Positions 12,978-26,177 of a stretch of DNA of 64,000 nt are shown here, piece by piece. The DNA lies in the NCBI GenBank assembly GCA_020137815.1, contig CM035355.1, forward strand, positions 2,604,001 to 2,668,000. Direction: 5' to 3'. Made by a program: the position numbers and the translations under genes. The notes below the pieces were generated by a model. That model was not told the origin of the DNA. It did no database searches and saw only the letters and a list, made by a program, of their open reading frames with translations. This DNA is from Hormiphora californensis. Lineage: Eukaryota > Animalia > Ctenophora. Within the stretch, counting starts at the first letter, position 1; each line of letters opens with the position of its first letter.

Positions 12978-15900
12978 TTACCTAAAACTACCCTGTTCGT
13001 CACACCCAATATATGTCATTCTCTCTAAAGAATTCCACAGCAGCCTATTCCTCAAGCACACTGTACCTCCTCCCCTCTTCTTCTGCTTGGCAGCTCTATT
13101 GACATCTCCAATACACACCAGAAACACTTTCTCCTCCTCAGGCTTTTCTCCCTCGGTGTAACTGATCGCGTTCTTGCTATGATCCTGACTAGACTTCCAT
13201 CCTTTGTCCAAGATTTGAATATAATCTGTATTCCAAACGTTGTAGGGAAGGGAACAGTCAGAGGGAAGTTTCTCGCCACCCCCATTTTGCCAAGTGTTAA
13301 CCACCAGGGAGGTCTCCTGAGACGGGGCAACTAGGTCGTGGTACAGGTCCTGGCCCCATGTCCCCGTCTTGGCATATGAGATGAACTTTGTTGATTTTGT
13401 GTTCAAATCAACCCGGCCGAATAGAGGGTAGTCGGTTTTTTCTTCTCCTTTCAGGACCTTAGCCAGTGTTCCTGTATTGTACTCTGGCGCTACCTAGGTA
13501 AAGTTGGGGATTAGGGAATCAGGCACTTTTGTTAAACTGCGTCTTATGAATTTTCTGGTTATGTGGAAACAGCAGGAATAAAAAGCAAAAATCGAGTTCT
13601 AGGTCATTCACCTCGTAATCGTAGATCAGGGGCCAGTTAAGGTAGAGTTGATTGGAAACCGTATCCAGATCGCTTACTTTGAGGGACATACACAGCCCAG
13701 TTTGAGCATTTTTCTCAGCGCTGCTAGGGAATCTATACCCTTTTGATCGGACTGGTGGAAAGTTGGGGATACTGTGTACAATCCAGACCAGGGTTTTACT
13801 ATCCCACATTACCACACCTGTAATAGGATGTGTGGTAATACTTTCAATTATATCACGGCCCTGATCTAGGCTAAAGTTAGACTTGGTGTGCTAAATATTG
13901 GATGAGTGATTTGAAGACTCATGTGCGGCGGTATAATAGTATCTCCACTACAAGCGGTACTGTGTGATAAATATGAACTTGTTTTGTAAACAGTTTACCC
14001 TTGGTGTGTCCTTCTAGTTAGGAACACTATTGGTGCGCGGTCGTGCCCACGGAAGGAGTGCTTGGATTATCTTGAAACCAGTTGTAAGTTAACTAATGCA
14101 TATCCAAAAGTGTCTGTAGCTATTTGGGTGATGTTCTGACAATCCAATCACGAGTTATGACCAAAAAACAGTCAAAAAAGACGTTTTAAAGTGACAAAAA
14201 GGAGGACCTGAACACAGCCCTTATATGAAGGGTTGGGGCTATGAAACTTCTTGAGTGGACAGAGAATCGTCCAAATTTGTAGTGTCAACTTTGGAATAGT
14301 TTCTATCTTTTGTAGTTATCTAATTAAGCCAAAAACTAATTGGAATTAGTTGGCGGGAAAGGTGGCCCACTTACACCTTTTGCTGCTACCGGGTACCACG
14401 AACTGTCATTCTCTTCACGTCACGTCGGTATCTCAATCTCTCTCTCTCACCCTTTCTTTCTCTTTCTCTATTTCACTCACCTCTTATATCCCTGATACAT
14501 TTTAAAATAAAACCCGGCATCAGGCAAAGGTGTAAGTGGGCCACCTTTCCCGCCAACTAATTCCAATTAGTTTTTGGCTTAATTTAGGTCCCTTTTTGGT
14601 TTCTAATGTCAGTATGACATTATTTCATGATGTAAAATTGTCAAAATGATGTGTTATATGAGAAACGAGACGAATTTCTGTGAAAATCGTAATTTTGACG
14701 TCATTATGACATCATCTGACGTAATTAGTGACGTCGTAACAACGTAATTGCATCACAATATATTTTGAATGAATACCCTGAAGGAGCTTGTAAAGTATCA
14801 TTGACCGCAGTGGTCAGGAAAGGGAGTTTTTGCTAGAAAAACGTTCAATTTGCTGAATTTTTCGTCAAATTTTTGACTTCCGACGCAATTTAAGGGCTCA
14901 AAATGATGAGCTACGAAAATTCGCTATATAGTATCTGAAAGTTCAGACGATTTGCCGGTAACGATTTTTTGTCAAATCAAAAATCGGAACACGTCTCAAG
15001 GGTGCTAGAGGCGTTTGAAAAAAGTTAGTCGGTCTCGCGCAATGACATCACTCGTGACGTCATTGCGCGCGTCATAGGCAAGATGAAGAGTCGCCACCAG
15101 AATGGGTACATGCACGAGACAATTATCTGTCGATTGCCGCTTGGTTTAAGGTCGTACGATGTCTGGTTCGTCTCAAACTGGGACCAAACGGAAGGTAACA
15201 AAGCGTCTATACATCTATATATGTATATATGTATCAACCTAGTTATCCCCACACTGAATTTTCTGTTTTGGGGGTGGTGTTATAACTTTTGAACAAAAAG
15301 AGCTAGCCACTTGAAATTTTTACCATCGATAGATGTCTACAAGAAGCTTCTGAGTACAAAATTTCAGCTTCCTAGCTCATCCGGTTCGGGAGTTATGGCC
15401 AGTCAAAAAGTGCCAAAATGGGCTAAAAGTATGAAATAACTATATATACGCTGTGAGCAAGCGGGCCGTTTTTTGGGGGAATTTTTTTCGGGGGGTTGGA
15501 TGGGGCCACCTTTGCGCTTGCCAGCGCAGTGATTAGAGCCGTTCAAACATGTGAGACGATCTGCAAAACAGGGTTATTTGGTACTGTTTCCACCCCATAT
15601 TGCTTGCTCTCACCGCTTGTATGCTTTAATCTGCTCTCTAATTGGGTAAATCTCGTCAAGTGATCACTTCACAAGCAAAAATACACAGTATTAGAGGCCC
15701 CTACAGCATCTTCTCACATGTTTAAACAGCTCTAATTAGATAACTACAAAAGATAGAAACTATTCCAAAGTTGACACTGCAAATTTGGACGATTCTCTGT
15801 CCACTCAAGAAGTTTCATAGCCCCAACCCTTCATATAAGGGCTGTGTTCAGGTCCTCCTTTTTGTCACTTTAAAACGTCTTTTTTGACTGTTTTTTGGTC

Positions 15901-16412
15901 ATAACTCGTGATTGGATTGTCAGAACATCACCCAAATAGCTACAGACACTTTTGGATATGCATTAGTTAACTTAAAACCGGTTTCAAGATGATCCAAGCA
16001 CTCCTTCCGTGGGCACGACCGCGCACCAATAGTGTTCCTAACTATTCCCCTCCTTTGGATGCTTTGGGTGGACTGTCATTGTACATGATGTAGTTCACAC
16101 CAATCTCCCTTGTGTAGATAGGGTTCAGGGTTGTAGCGAAGGGGTTGGAGCGGTCAACTAGACTGTGTTGCCCTTCCACCATCTGGGAGGAAATTAAATT
16201 TATTAACATTTTAATCATAAAAACAGTATGCAGTATATTCTTACCTGCCCAAATGTTCCAGAGCTAGAGTAGAAGTAGTTGTAGCCGCCGTCCGGCTTCA
16301 CTGGTTTCTTGAACAGAGCATACCAGTCCGCCTCACCCCCAGTATCACCAATGCAGGTGATACTCTGGGCAGTGGGCTGCAGGCAGACAAGTAGAGAGAG
16401 AAGAAGTAACAT
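12978..16412 (-). pseudogene. DNASE2: Deoxyribonuclease II, allele disrupted by a transposon
   Basis: Signal peptide; ITCIGDTGGEADWYALFKKP; YIMYNDSPP...G[insertion]EGHTKG; VWIVHSIPNFPP; FISYAKT; DLYHDLVAP; SSQDHSK; VCIGDVNR..Q.KRGGGTVC are DNase II motifs. Exons 16412-16245, 16182-16045 plus 14011-13999, 13817-13612, 13492-12978. Confidence 0.9.
14015..16044. mobile_element. Non-autonomous DNA transposon, 312-bp TIRs, TAG...CTA termini, 3-bp TSD (TTC); Academ-like
   Basis: TIRs 14015-14326 and 15733-16044 are nearly identical; TTC at 14012-14014 and 16045-16047; no transposase ORF; internal ~60-bp inverted repeat at 14323-14380 / 14525-14582. Superfamily assignment is inference from termini and TSD length. 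Confidence 0.85.
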
Positions 16413-16495
16413 GGTTGGGTTATCAGTGAAGTTTCTGAGTTGCTTTTATATCCCTGGAAAGCAGACTGACATGTAACGCACGGCCGGTATAACAC

Positions 16496-16551
16496 TTGGT
16501 AATGAAATTCCCCCTCTGCGCTAGCAATAATAGGGGTGACTTCGTAACCAA
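16496..16551. mobile_element. Short MITE-like element, TGGTTACGAA-TIR family (copy 2)
   Basis: TTGGTAATGAAAT...ACTTCGTAACCAA. Confidence 0.5.
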
Positions 16552-17122
16552 GTATAACACTCACGCAGAATTGGGTGACGCGGGTCAACCGTACTGGCAT
16601 GGCCCAATAAATTTGGTGAGTAGATCATGGCGATGGAGCTGATGACTAAAATAGAATTTGCCATGCTACGCAGTCTGTCTATCGGCACTTAAGCGCCTCG
16701 TGCGCTCCTTATTTGAGAGAAATGAGAATAGGGTCAGGCCAATGCTCTGACAGGTAAGGGGTGGAAGTCACATCACGTTTCAGTTCCCCCTGCTTTGTTG
16801 TATACCGTCCAATGGACGGCGTCCATGCTGTAAATAACAAGCTACCACGTGACTATAGATTTCACAAGCGGGAGAGGAGAGAGAAAGAGATAGAAAAAGA
16901 GAGAGTGAGAAGGATAGAGAGAAAAATCGAGAGAATCAGAAAGATATAGAGAGAGACTTAGAGAGACTAAAAAACCAGTAGTCAGTTCCGCAGTGGTGTA
17001 AATTTTAACTGTAATATCTGCAATACTCACAAGTAGACCACGGTTTTAACTGTTTCATTCGCTCTCTCTCTCTCCTCCTATTTTCTATCTCTCTCTCTCC
17101 CCTCTCTCTCCCTCTCTCTCCC

Positions 17123-17296
<174 letters not shown>

Positions 17297-17968
17297 TCTC
17301 TCCCTCTCTCTCTCTCTCTCAGTACAAGATGATATGCATCGCTCCTGCACTGATTCCTTTTACAGCTCCCACCGTTGCCTATACAACCATGATTCAGACT
17401 GGCCCAGTGTACACTAGATAATATTACTAGATAATACATGATTGATGCCTAGTGTGCTTGTTAGGGTATTGTAAGTGTGTCGAGAAATGCCCCCTGGGAA
17501 TCCTAGATGAGATTCGTAAGCTACCTCTTTAATGTGTCGTTATTATAGCTGCATGTTGGTAGTTCTGTATACCGACCGCGACCCAAGCTAAACACTTCTC
17601 TCTCAGTCTCTGATCAAATTGTTCTATACTTGTTCCAGACATGGCCTATTTATTGCTTGTTATATGTTTTTGGTTTTACTCAACGTCTTCCCGATTCCAT
17701 TGCAGCTCGATTTTACACCCATGACGGTCATCAATGCATCTCAGTCTCAATTTACCCCAATAACCTGTCAGGCCAATGCTCTGACAATGACCGCGGTTCT
17801 CGCGAGAATAGCGTCAGGCAAATTACCCTATGAATTAACAATAACAACTTTGTTCACAGCTGTTCTGCCAATATGCCTCGAGGAAAGTTTAGGGGAGCCA
17901 CCAGTTACGGGGATTCGTTTCCAGTGAAACAGGCAGATCCCGTAACAGAGTTTCGGTGCCGGACGGAA

Positions 17969-19380
17969 ATGAGCAAGGCTAAGGGTTCTTTGGACCTCAT
18001 GACCGTGACACGGGAGTTTCCATCGCATAACTATGGGTAAGTTTGAGTAGCAGGCAGCAGCTGTCAGGCCAATGCTCTGACCGCCAATGCTCTGACAGAG
18101 TAGCAGTGGTCAGCAGCTTGGTACTGGTAGGGCCAGCTCAGGAGTTGCCATGCCACGCAGGGTTTTTCACTGACCCAGTCCCCCTTTTCAACTCCCTCCT
18201 CCCCTACCAGACGGCCGGTAATTTACCTTCCCCTCCCAGACGACCGGTAATCCACCTTCCCCTCCCAGACGACCGGTAATTCAACTCCCCCTCCCCTCCC
18301 AGACGACCGGTAATCCACCGACCTCCTGATAATGATTTGTTCTACGATGATGAGGTTGATGAGGGGTACAGCAGCTCAATCCGAGCCAGCACTGCCCTGT
18401 CGGAGAACTACAATGTGCCACTGAGAACCAGAGGAAGCAACCATTTAACGGGGTATAGTTGTGAAACAGACAGACAGAGAGACAGACAGAGAGACAGACA
18501 GAGAGACAGACAGATAGACATGAGACAGACAAACAGAAAGATAGACACGAAGACAGATAAACAGACAGACAGACAGCTACACCAACACTCACAGTCGTCA
18601 GTACAGATATGAAGTTATGACTAGGACAGTTGGTTCAAGTATGAATTGGACTGGTGCGAAACGAGACTTTGATACCACCAACAGGGCCCTTTACCCTACA
18701 AGATCCGTGAAAGCCTTACAAAAAGGTAAGGAACAGTCTTTGTATTCGCCCTATAGGGTACTAGTTCTTACCGGGGACAAGAGATTCGGCCGAATTTGAG
18801 AGATACTGTGACTTTTTGAATTTCTATTGCCTCTATTATTCGGAATAATCCAAATTCCAAAACAATCCTACTCAAGGAATACTTTTAGATGCAAAAAGTT
18901 TTTATACATATTTGCATCTAAATGAGGAAGAATTGAGACAGAGTGTCGCGAGTAGATCTACGAGCACGGCTTGTTCACCCCCTAAATCCTAACCACTCTT
19001 TACAGGTAGACAGGAATGACTTTGATAAGCACATTGACTTTGGGTTTGATAGTCCCGTGGGTAACAGTGTGTATGGAAGTGATTTCAAGAAGGGGCAGAT
19101 GAAGAAACAATCACCAGTTTACAGAAAGTGAGTTTGAGCTGTCAGCAGGCCAAATGCCAATGCTCTGACCACGGTTCTCGCCAATTCTCTGACAGATTTT
19201 AAGTGCTTTCCAATCCCTGTCTTTCTGCAGGATGTCTACAGTGAGTCTGGAGGCGTCCAATGGTCCCCAGGAGAGCAAGACTACTTACCAGACCCTATTC
19301 AAGGGAGACCCATGCTCCCCAAACCTGCCCAGCCTCACCGAAATGGATGCCCATCTCCGAAGCAGCATTGAGCTTAATTA
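17969..19380 (+). CDS. SAXO/TEX45-like microtubule-inner (ciliary) protein
   Basis: Exons ~17969-18036, 18303-18452, 18595-18725, 19006-19127, 19231-19380. Spaced Mn-like motifs (TALSENY, DTTNRALY, SVYGSDF, TTYQTLF) are typical of SAXO-family proteins. Confidence 0.55.
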
Positions 19381-19594
19381 GACACTTAATTAACTTAATT
19401 AGACACTAGCACAGGGAGAGTGATTATCAGTAATTATGAGAGCAGGGAAATGATGAAATCCCAAACAGAAACACACACTCACTAAGTTTGGGGTTGGGTG
19501 AAAACTAAAATTAGTAACGAATACACTGTACAAAGATATACACACGAAGTAGCGTGATAATACTGTCTCTCTTTATTTTTTTGTAGCACAAACT

Positions 19595-22500
19595 TTACTT
19601 TTTTAAATTATAGTTTCTTATTTTCGGTTTCGGTTTCGTGGGAGCGCTGGATATCACTCGGCCACGTCCGAAGGAAGGTTTCGGCGCAGGCTCATTTGGA
19701 ATTCGTCTTCGGGGAGATATTTGTCGACCAGTCACTCGCACACTGTCACCTGTTGGGGCCCTCATTCGTACACTGTCAGCTGTTAGGGGCCTTAGATTTT
19801 CCTCGTTTTCAACCTGGAAATGGAAATTTATTAACTTCACTGTATAGTGGGAAGGTAATTGTATTGGGACTGTCTGGCGCCGCCAACCCCATCTGAGCGC
19901 ATTGGATTTGAGAGGAGGTCACAGTCAGGCCATGGGTTTAGACCGAACCCTCACAGAGGTTGAAATAAAATGACCACAAAGCAAGCCACACAAGACTTAC
20001 CATTTTGACAATGTTGGATATCTCATCATTTAGGGAGGTGTCCCCGCTCATTAAAAGAGATCCACTTGTATTGCTGCCTCCTGGGGGAGATGGAGATGTG
20101 ATGAAGAGATAGAATGGATGGAAGGATCAATGTAGACAGCGTTGTTCTATGAGACAGGGTCGAACAAGGCAAGAACAGCTGTAGCAGTTTGTACTAGAGA
20201 GGTTAACTCACTTGGTTGACGTAGTATTTCCCTGGCAGATGTTAAACGTTCAGTCAATTCTTGTAGTGGTACACTACCTAGAGAGATGGTTTTAGGGGTA
20301 GAAGTGATATTTAACTGTCAGATGTTTAATAAATCTGCATTCCCCAGAATTCTCTTTCTTACCTTGACTTTTCATTAGGTTGAGCTGAGCACGGAGTCCA
20401 TTGCTTAGTTCCAGGAGTCTGTCTCTCTCCTTCTCCAACTGGGTAATTCGTTCCAGATTTTCAGTATCTTTGTCTTCAATCTAAACAAGGGGTTTAAATC
20501 AGTCTCAGTTATTCAAATCGAACACGAAAGATTGTATATTTACCTGAGATATCTTGTGAGCAGAAATCATCCTCCGCAATTCTAGTACCTCCTCCCTCAG
20601 CCGATCGTTTTCCTGTTCAACATCTGTTAAGTCCTGTTCTGCTCGGCCTTTCCCAGCAGTGGTGGGTGGTTCTGGTGTTTCTACCTCACTCTAGAAACAT
20701 AGGAGTTTTTTAGACCTGGGAACTGTTTAAAAAGGACACCCCGTAAAATCATGGAGGTCGAATCCGGGAATTTCCCACGCGACGGTACCGTGGGAAATCT
20801 ACCGTTGAATGCGCGCCACCCTCCCTGTTCTCGAGTCACCGCGCGCTACAACATCTTTGGAGAGGGCTGTGAGCGGGATCTCAACATTTGAAGTTTCGGT
20901 TTTATTATTTTTACCTGTTTTTGATTGTTTGCCAGCATCTCCATCTCACTGGTCATCTGTTTAATGACATCCTTAAATCTTTCATTCTGCATTATCAACA
21001 CTGCCTTCTCTCTATCCTCTCCACTCTCCCCGTCACCTTGAGAGGGATCCCCTTGAGAGGAGGGACCCGGCGAGGAAGGCATGTTGTGGTGGGCTCGAAC
21101 AAGTGCTATCTCTTCGTCTTTAGAAACTAAATCCCCTCGCAGCCGTCTCACCTCAGCTAGCGCCTAAAGAAGAAATTACGTGTACATTATAAAATCTATC
21201 AAAATATTGGACTTTTCAGACAATCATATAAGCAAATAATAAGAAATAAAATCTCTCTGTACTGCGTGTAATACCTGATCCCTGTTAGCGGTTAAATCCC
21301 TGACTAATTCCTCCTGCGTCCCATATGCCCTACTTTCCGCTCTCTCACATCGCTCTCTAGACAGCGCTATCTCTTGTTCGTGTTCTGCTCTCAGGGCTTC
21401 CTCTCGTTTAGCACAGAGAGACAGTTCAGCTTTGTACCTAGATATAGATACAGTCAATCAAGGTATCACTTGTTATGTTCTAACCCTCCGTTGCGAGGTG
21501 TGGAGAGAACAAGGCAAGGTACCCGCAAGGTATCACAGTTAGGCGGAGCCTGCAAATGAAGAAAGAGGGGCGAGATGGATGGGTATATTTGGGTTTAAAA
21601 CCTTATGACAAGTCTTGTTTAATTTAATCCTTACTTTTGTATATCCTGTTTTCTCATTTCCAGATCTGTTCTCATTTCCTTTGTTTTCCTTTCCCAAAGC
21701 TCCTCCGCCAACTTTACAGCAACCTCACCCCGTGCTACCTTGTCTCTCTCTAGGTCTACTGTTGCCTGCTTACTAACAATATCACCACGCAACCTGGACA
21801 AGAGGGTTGTAGGTGTCTAGATGGGGCGGAGATATATATTGTATTTTATGTCTAAAATACGGGGTTGGTGAGAGTATATTGCAGTTAGTCTAGAGGGGGT
21901 ATTTCTATTGGGTGGATCTGCAAAGGTAAGGGGTTCGAAAACTAAAAACTCTGAACTCTCACTGTTCAATAGTGTTTCTAGCTTCATTTAGCCTCTCCTC
22001 ACTAGTCACTGTATTACATTTCCACTCCAACTTCATCTTCTCTAACTCTCCCGACAGTTCAGCTCTCTCTTTTTCCGAGGTGTGCCGCTCTGCACGGTGG
22101 GCCTCTTTAAGTCGTACTAACACTGCTTCTCTCTCCGCCAACTGGGATTCTGCTATTGTTGCTCTGTGAAATTGTATACATTACTTATTGAGTCGCGTGA
22201 CACTGCCCTTCGCACGGAACACAGTGTGTAAAACAAATAAAGTAACAATTCAAGTATCAAATCAGGAGACAGGAATCACGCCCTATTATTGTAAACCTCA
22301 CACACACATACCTGTTGGATATCTCGGCAACTTCATTCTCCCTCCTCGTGCTCTCTGCCCTCAAACTCTCCTCCAACTCCTCAATCCTACTCTGTTGAAC
22401 TGCCACAAACTTGCTAACATCCCACTCAGCGTGTGAGACTGCTTGTTCCATTTTAGTTATGTGCTCGTCTTGAGCTTGGACAGTGGTTTCCAGGTCTGCA

Positions 22501-24110
22501 ACCCTGAGCCGCAGTGCCTCCCTTTCTCCCGTTACCTGGGGATAGTGGGGAATTGGTTGGTATAATAGACGGTAAAAAACTGTTAACAATATTAACCGCA
22601 ATTTTGCATTATATTTTCCTGCTAGAATATCCTGCGTCCTAATAAACCCATATTAAAACTTCCAGTCAAATGCCACTTTCACATGAGCGATGGTGGTGTA
22701 ATGGTCAGCATAGTTGCCTTCCAAGCAGTTGATCCGGGTTCGATTCCCGGCCATCGCACTGACTTTTAGCAAAAATGTATACCGCATCTTTTGTTTAATA
22801 ATTCCCCTTTTTACCTGTTTCAAATTAGATTCTGCTTGGAATGTTTTGGTTTCTGACTCGGTAATCTTGAGATTGTAACTTCGTGTCAGTTGTGATAACT
22901 CGTCATCAAAACATCTCTCCCATTCCCTTCTTTTTCTCTCCATCTCCTCCTGAGGATAACAAGTTATTAAAATAACAACTCATTTTGTTGGTAGCAAGCA
23001 GCAATCAGTGCAGATAGACAATCACTGCACTGGCAAGTGCCCCGTGGCCTAATTGGGGTCTGCGGGCAGTCCCGAGCAACGAAAAAACCATCCCACGCCT
23101 TCTAATATACCTAACAAATACAGCAATCACGATATAAAGGGTGGTGACTTACATTTAGATCGTTCAACTGTATCTCAAGCTGCTGTTTAACTCGACACAC
23201 CTCCGTTAACTCGAGTGACAACTAAAAGGGGGAAATGTGATCAAACTCCGTAACAGTAGTGAAAAGTGACATATCTGTGGGGGTGGGGGGGGGGGCTTCT
23301 TCCCCACAATTACATTTTGTTTTTTGGCTGTGTATTCCCTCTCAAAACCATGTTCTATTTCCTCAACTTTGCTCTGGAATGTTCTCTGTATCTCCTCTCT
23401 CCTTCCACACTCTTCGTGTAGCTTCTGTTCTGTACTAGCTAGCTGGACCTGTGTCAATAGAAACATTTTTAGGGCTGTTTTGTTGTGTACGAACAATTCA
23501 AGAGACAAAAACATGTTTTGTTCAAACAAAACTTGTTTTGGTCGAACAAGGCAAATAAAAACATTGTGAGAAGGGAAATATGTTGATTAAAACAAATTGA
23601 ATATTGACTGTCTCATAATAATTATTTATGTGACAGGGTATAACTACCTTGAGGTCCGATATCTCCGATACATATCCACTTGTTTGATGGTTCAAATCAG
23701 TGATATCTGAAAAGGCAGATTTGTTCAATATAAAGCATTAGATTCACTTTCCAGACATGGCCGTGTAGCTCAGTTGGTTAGAGCGTCGTGCTAATAACGC
23801 GAATGTCCAGGGTTCGAGCCCCTGCGTGGCCAGGAACGATTTTTTGTTTTATTTTTCTCCAAACGGAACAAACCAAGTGATAATTCCACTTACGGTTTTC
23901 AAATTTTGTCAGTTCCTTATCTCGATCAGTCAGTAGGTCAAGATTATACTGAAAGCTCTCTTTCAGCTCATTGTACTGCGACCTAACATGTCGGAGTTGT
24001 GATTCTTGAAGGTGGATCTCATCATTTAGACTCTGAATTTTCTTTTCTTGCAGACTCTTCAATTCGTTTGATTTGGCTTCCAACAGAATGTCTATCTCTT
24101 CCGGGTCCAT
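19595..24110 (-). CDS. CCDC57: Coiled-coil domain-containing protein 57 (centriolar)
   Basis: N-terminal LKESFQYNLDLLTDRDKEL, long coiled-coil exons, QNERFKDVIKQMTSEME and C-terminal KPKIRNYN match CCDC57 hallmarks. Confidence 0.85.
22687..22758 (+). tRNA. tRNA-Gly (TCC)
   Basis: 72-nt cloverleaf GCGATGG...CCATCGC-A, anticodon loop CT-TCC-AA, GGTTCGATTCC T-arm, downstream TTTT. Confidence 0.95.
23759..23832 (+). tRNA. tRNA-Ile (AAT)
   Basis: GGCCGTG...CGTGGCC-A, TAGCTCAGTTGG A-box, loop CT-AAT-AA, GGTTCGAGCCC, downstream T-run. Confidence 0.95.
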
Positions 24111-24386
24111 TTCCTAGCTAACTGGGAGGGTGTTGTTTTTATAGGGTCCCAGTTGGCGACAATTCTAAAATCATCTTGGAATACATAGCGTTAGTTCGAA
24201 GGGAGGAAAACATCGAATGATCGCTGAATCATCTGAATCAGATCAAGGTTGCACAGTGTGTACAATGCACACAGAACAAAATAAATGGTGGACACCAACG
24301 ACCAATCGCATTTGACGCCAATCATATCGAATATTATTGTTTGTTAATTGTTATTTAGCTAGCTGTTATGTAGGGTAGAGGGTTAA

Positions 24387-24604
24387 AGTGAGAGAGAACA
24401 GCAGGGATTTTCACAAAAAGTTATCTGGATACTCCTTGATGGCTAACTAAAACTTTAGTGAAAACCGCATGTCTCTAGCATGTTTTGTGTTAGCTCAATT
24501 TTCAAAAACATGCTAGAGACATGCGGTTTTCGCTAAAGTTTTAGTTAGCCATCAAGGAGTATCCAGATAACTTTTTGTGAAAATCCCTGCTGTTCTCTCT
24601 CACT
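24387..24604. mobile_element. Palindromic MITE with TTAA TSD and AG...CT termini (Kolobok-like)
   Basis: ~100-bp near-perfect inverted arms; TTAA at 24383-24386 and 24605-24608. Confidence 0.85.
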
Positions 24605-24824
24605 TTAAACAAGGTAAATAGCACATAAAAACACATTCGGTGGCTTCCAAGTTCCATGAAGAAGATATGAAGGTACCGTGACCCGTGTTGCGACCTCCTA
24701 ACCAGCTCTATCTTATCAGAGGTGGAGCCATGTTTGAAGGATAATAATAATACTATACATTTGATATACCGCTTTTATGAGTTATAAATGGAGGAAACAA
24801 CTAAATAACCTAATGGCTAGTGTT

Positions 24825-26177
24825 GTAGGGGAGCCACAGGTAATATGGGAAATTTGGTAAAATGGGAAATTGGTGTTTTGAAAAGATTGGCCATGTTACA
24901 GGCTCATAAATAGTTAATAACTTTTATTAGTGATCTTAGATTAGTTCTGAAACCGTTTATAGCCTTGATGGGAAGTGTTTAGATGGTACACTAGCACCCT
25001 CGTCATCTTAAAATACGGAAAGTAAAAATTCAGGCCACTTTTTTCGTTTGGTACACACGTCTCTGTTTCTTTGAGAAATTATCGATTGGCTTAGTTTATG
25101 AGCAAGATATTTATTAGCGATACCTGAAGAGATCAGAGCATCAGAATGAACGTGTCTAATTATAATTAGCTAATTATAGAAACTCATGATTTTGGTATAA
25201 TGGGATACTTTTATTTTACTGAAATGGGATACCCCATTTTACCAAATTTTCACTATCCCATTTTTCCAAAACATGTTTTTGAAAAATGGAATACTGAAAT
25301 TTTGGCTGTTTAAACGGCAAACTTCTCAGTTACGATTATTAATATAGCCTATTTCGTTCATAACTCGAAAAAACGTGTATTCTCTGAAAAGAATGCACCG
25401 AGTGACAACTGCAGAATACGACTACACGTGTGGATACAATTATTCAATTCTCATTAATCTAATCTTATATTATAGACACCAAAAGGTTTCTGGTATCCGT
25501 GTAGCTTTCTTAGTTTAGCAGTTACTAAATATTATCCACATTTATGTGTTAACGATCAACTCTTTGGTCCCCAATTCTTTAGCAAATTTTAGAGAATTTC
25601 TAAATGGTGGACCTGTCTGAACTTATATACAGGTAGAACCCCGCTAGGAAATGAACCTATTCACGCTTTTACCCCTCCTGTTGAACTTAGTAGTGTAAAA
25701 TGAGGCTTTAGGGACCCGTTGGTGAAGAAATTAGGTAGCTTGTTCCTAACTTTTCATGATTTCACGGCTGCCGGCTATTATAGGGCCTTCAGACCATTTA
25801 CTTATTATAAACAAAACTTAAATACCATTACAAACTAGTTTAATCCAAGCAAAGTGTAACTTAAAGTTACCATATTTTGAGGAAAATTAATTTTGATAAA
25901 ATGGGATACCAATTTTTTGATAAAATGGGATATCCCATTTTCGTTAAAAATGGGTATCCCATTTCACCAAACTAAAATTCCACTGCAAATTTTCAAGGTA
26001 ATATGGGATAGTGCCAAATTTCCGTTGTGGAGCATTCGTTGGGGTAATTTTGGTGGTTATGTGTTAGCCTGGTCCAAATAAGACACGCCTATGAAGACGG
26101 CGTGACTTTATTGTCATCTGAAAAAAAATTATGGCCAAAAGTTGTTAGGTATCCCATATTACCTGTGGCTCCCCTAC
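24825..26177. mobile_element. Non-autonomous DNA transposon ~1.35 kb with 26-bp TIR
   Basis: GTAGGGGAGCCACAGGTAATATGGGA at 24825-24850 and its reverse complement at 26152-26177; multiple subterminal AAATGGGATA motifs; TSD ambiguous (TA or TT). Confidence 0.75.

Noticed and set aside
14015-16044. Transposon acting as a cleanly spliced intron (introner)
   Set aside because: Splicing at its terminal GT and nearest AGs produces in-frame TAA or TAG
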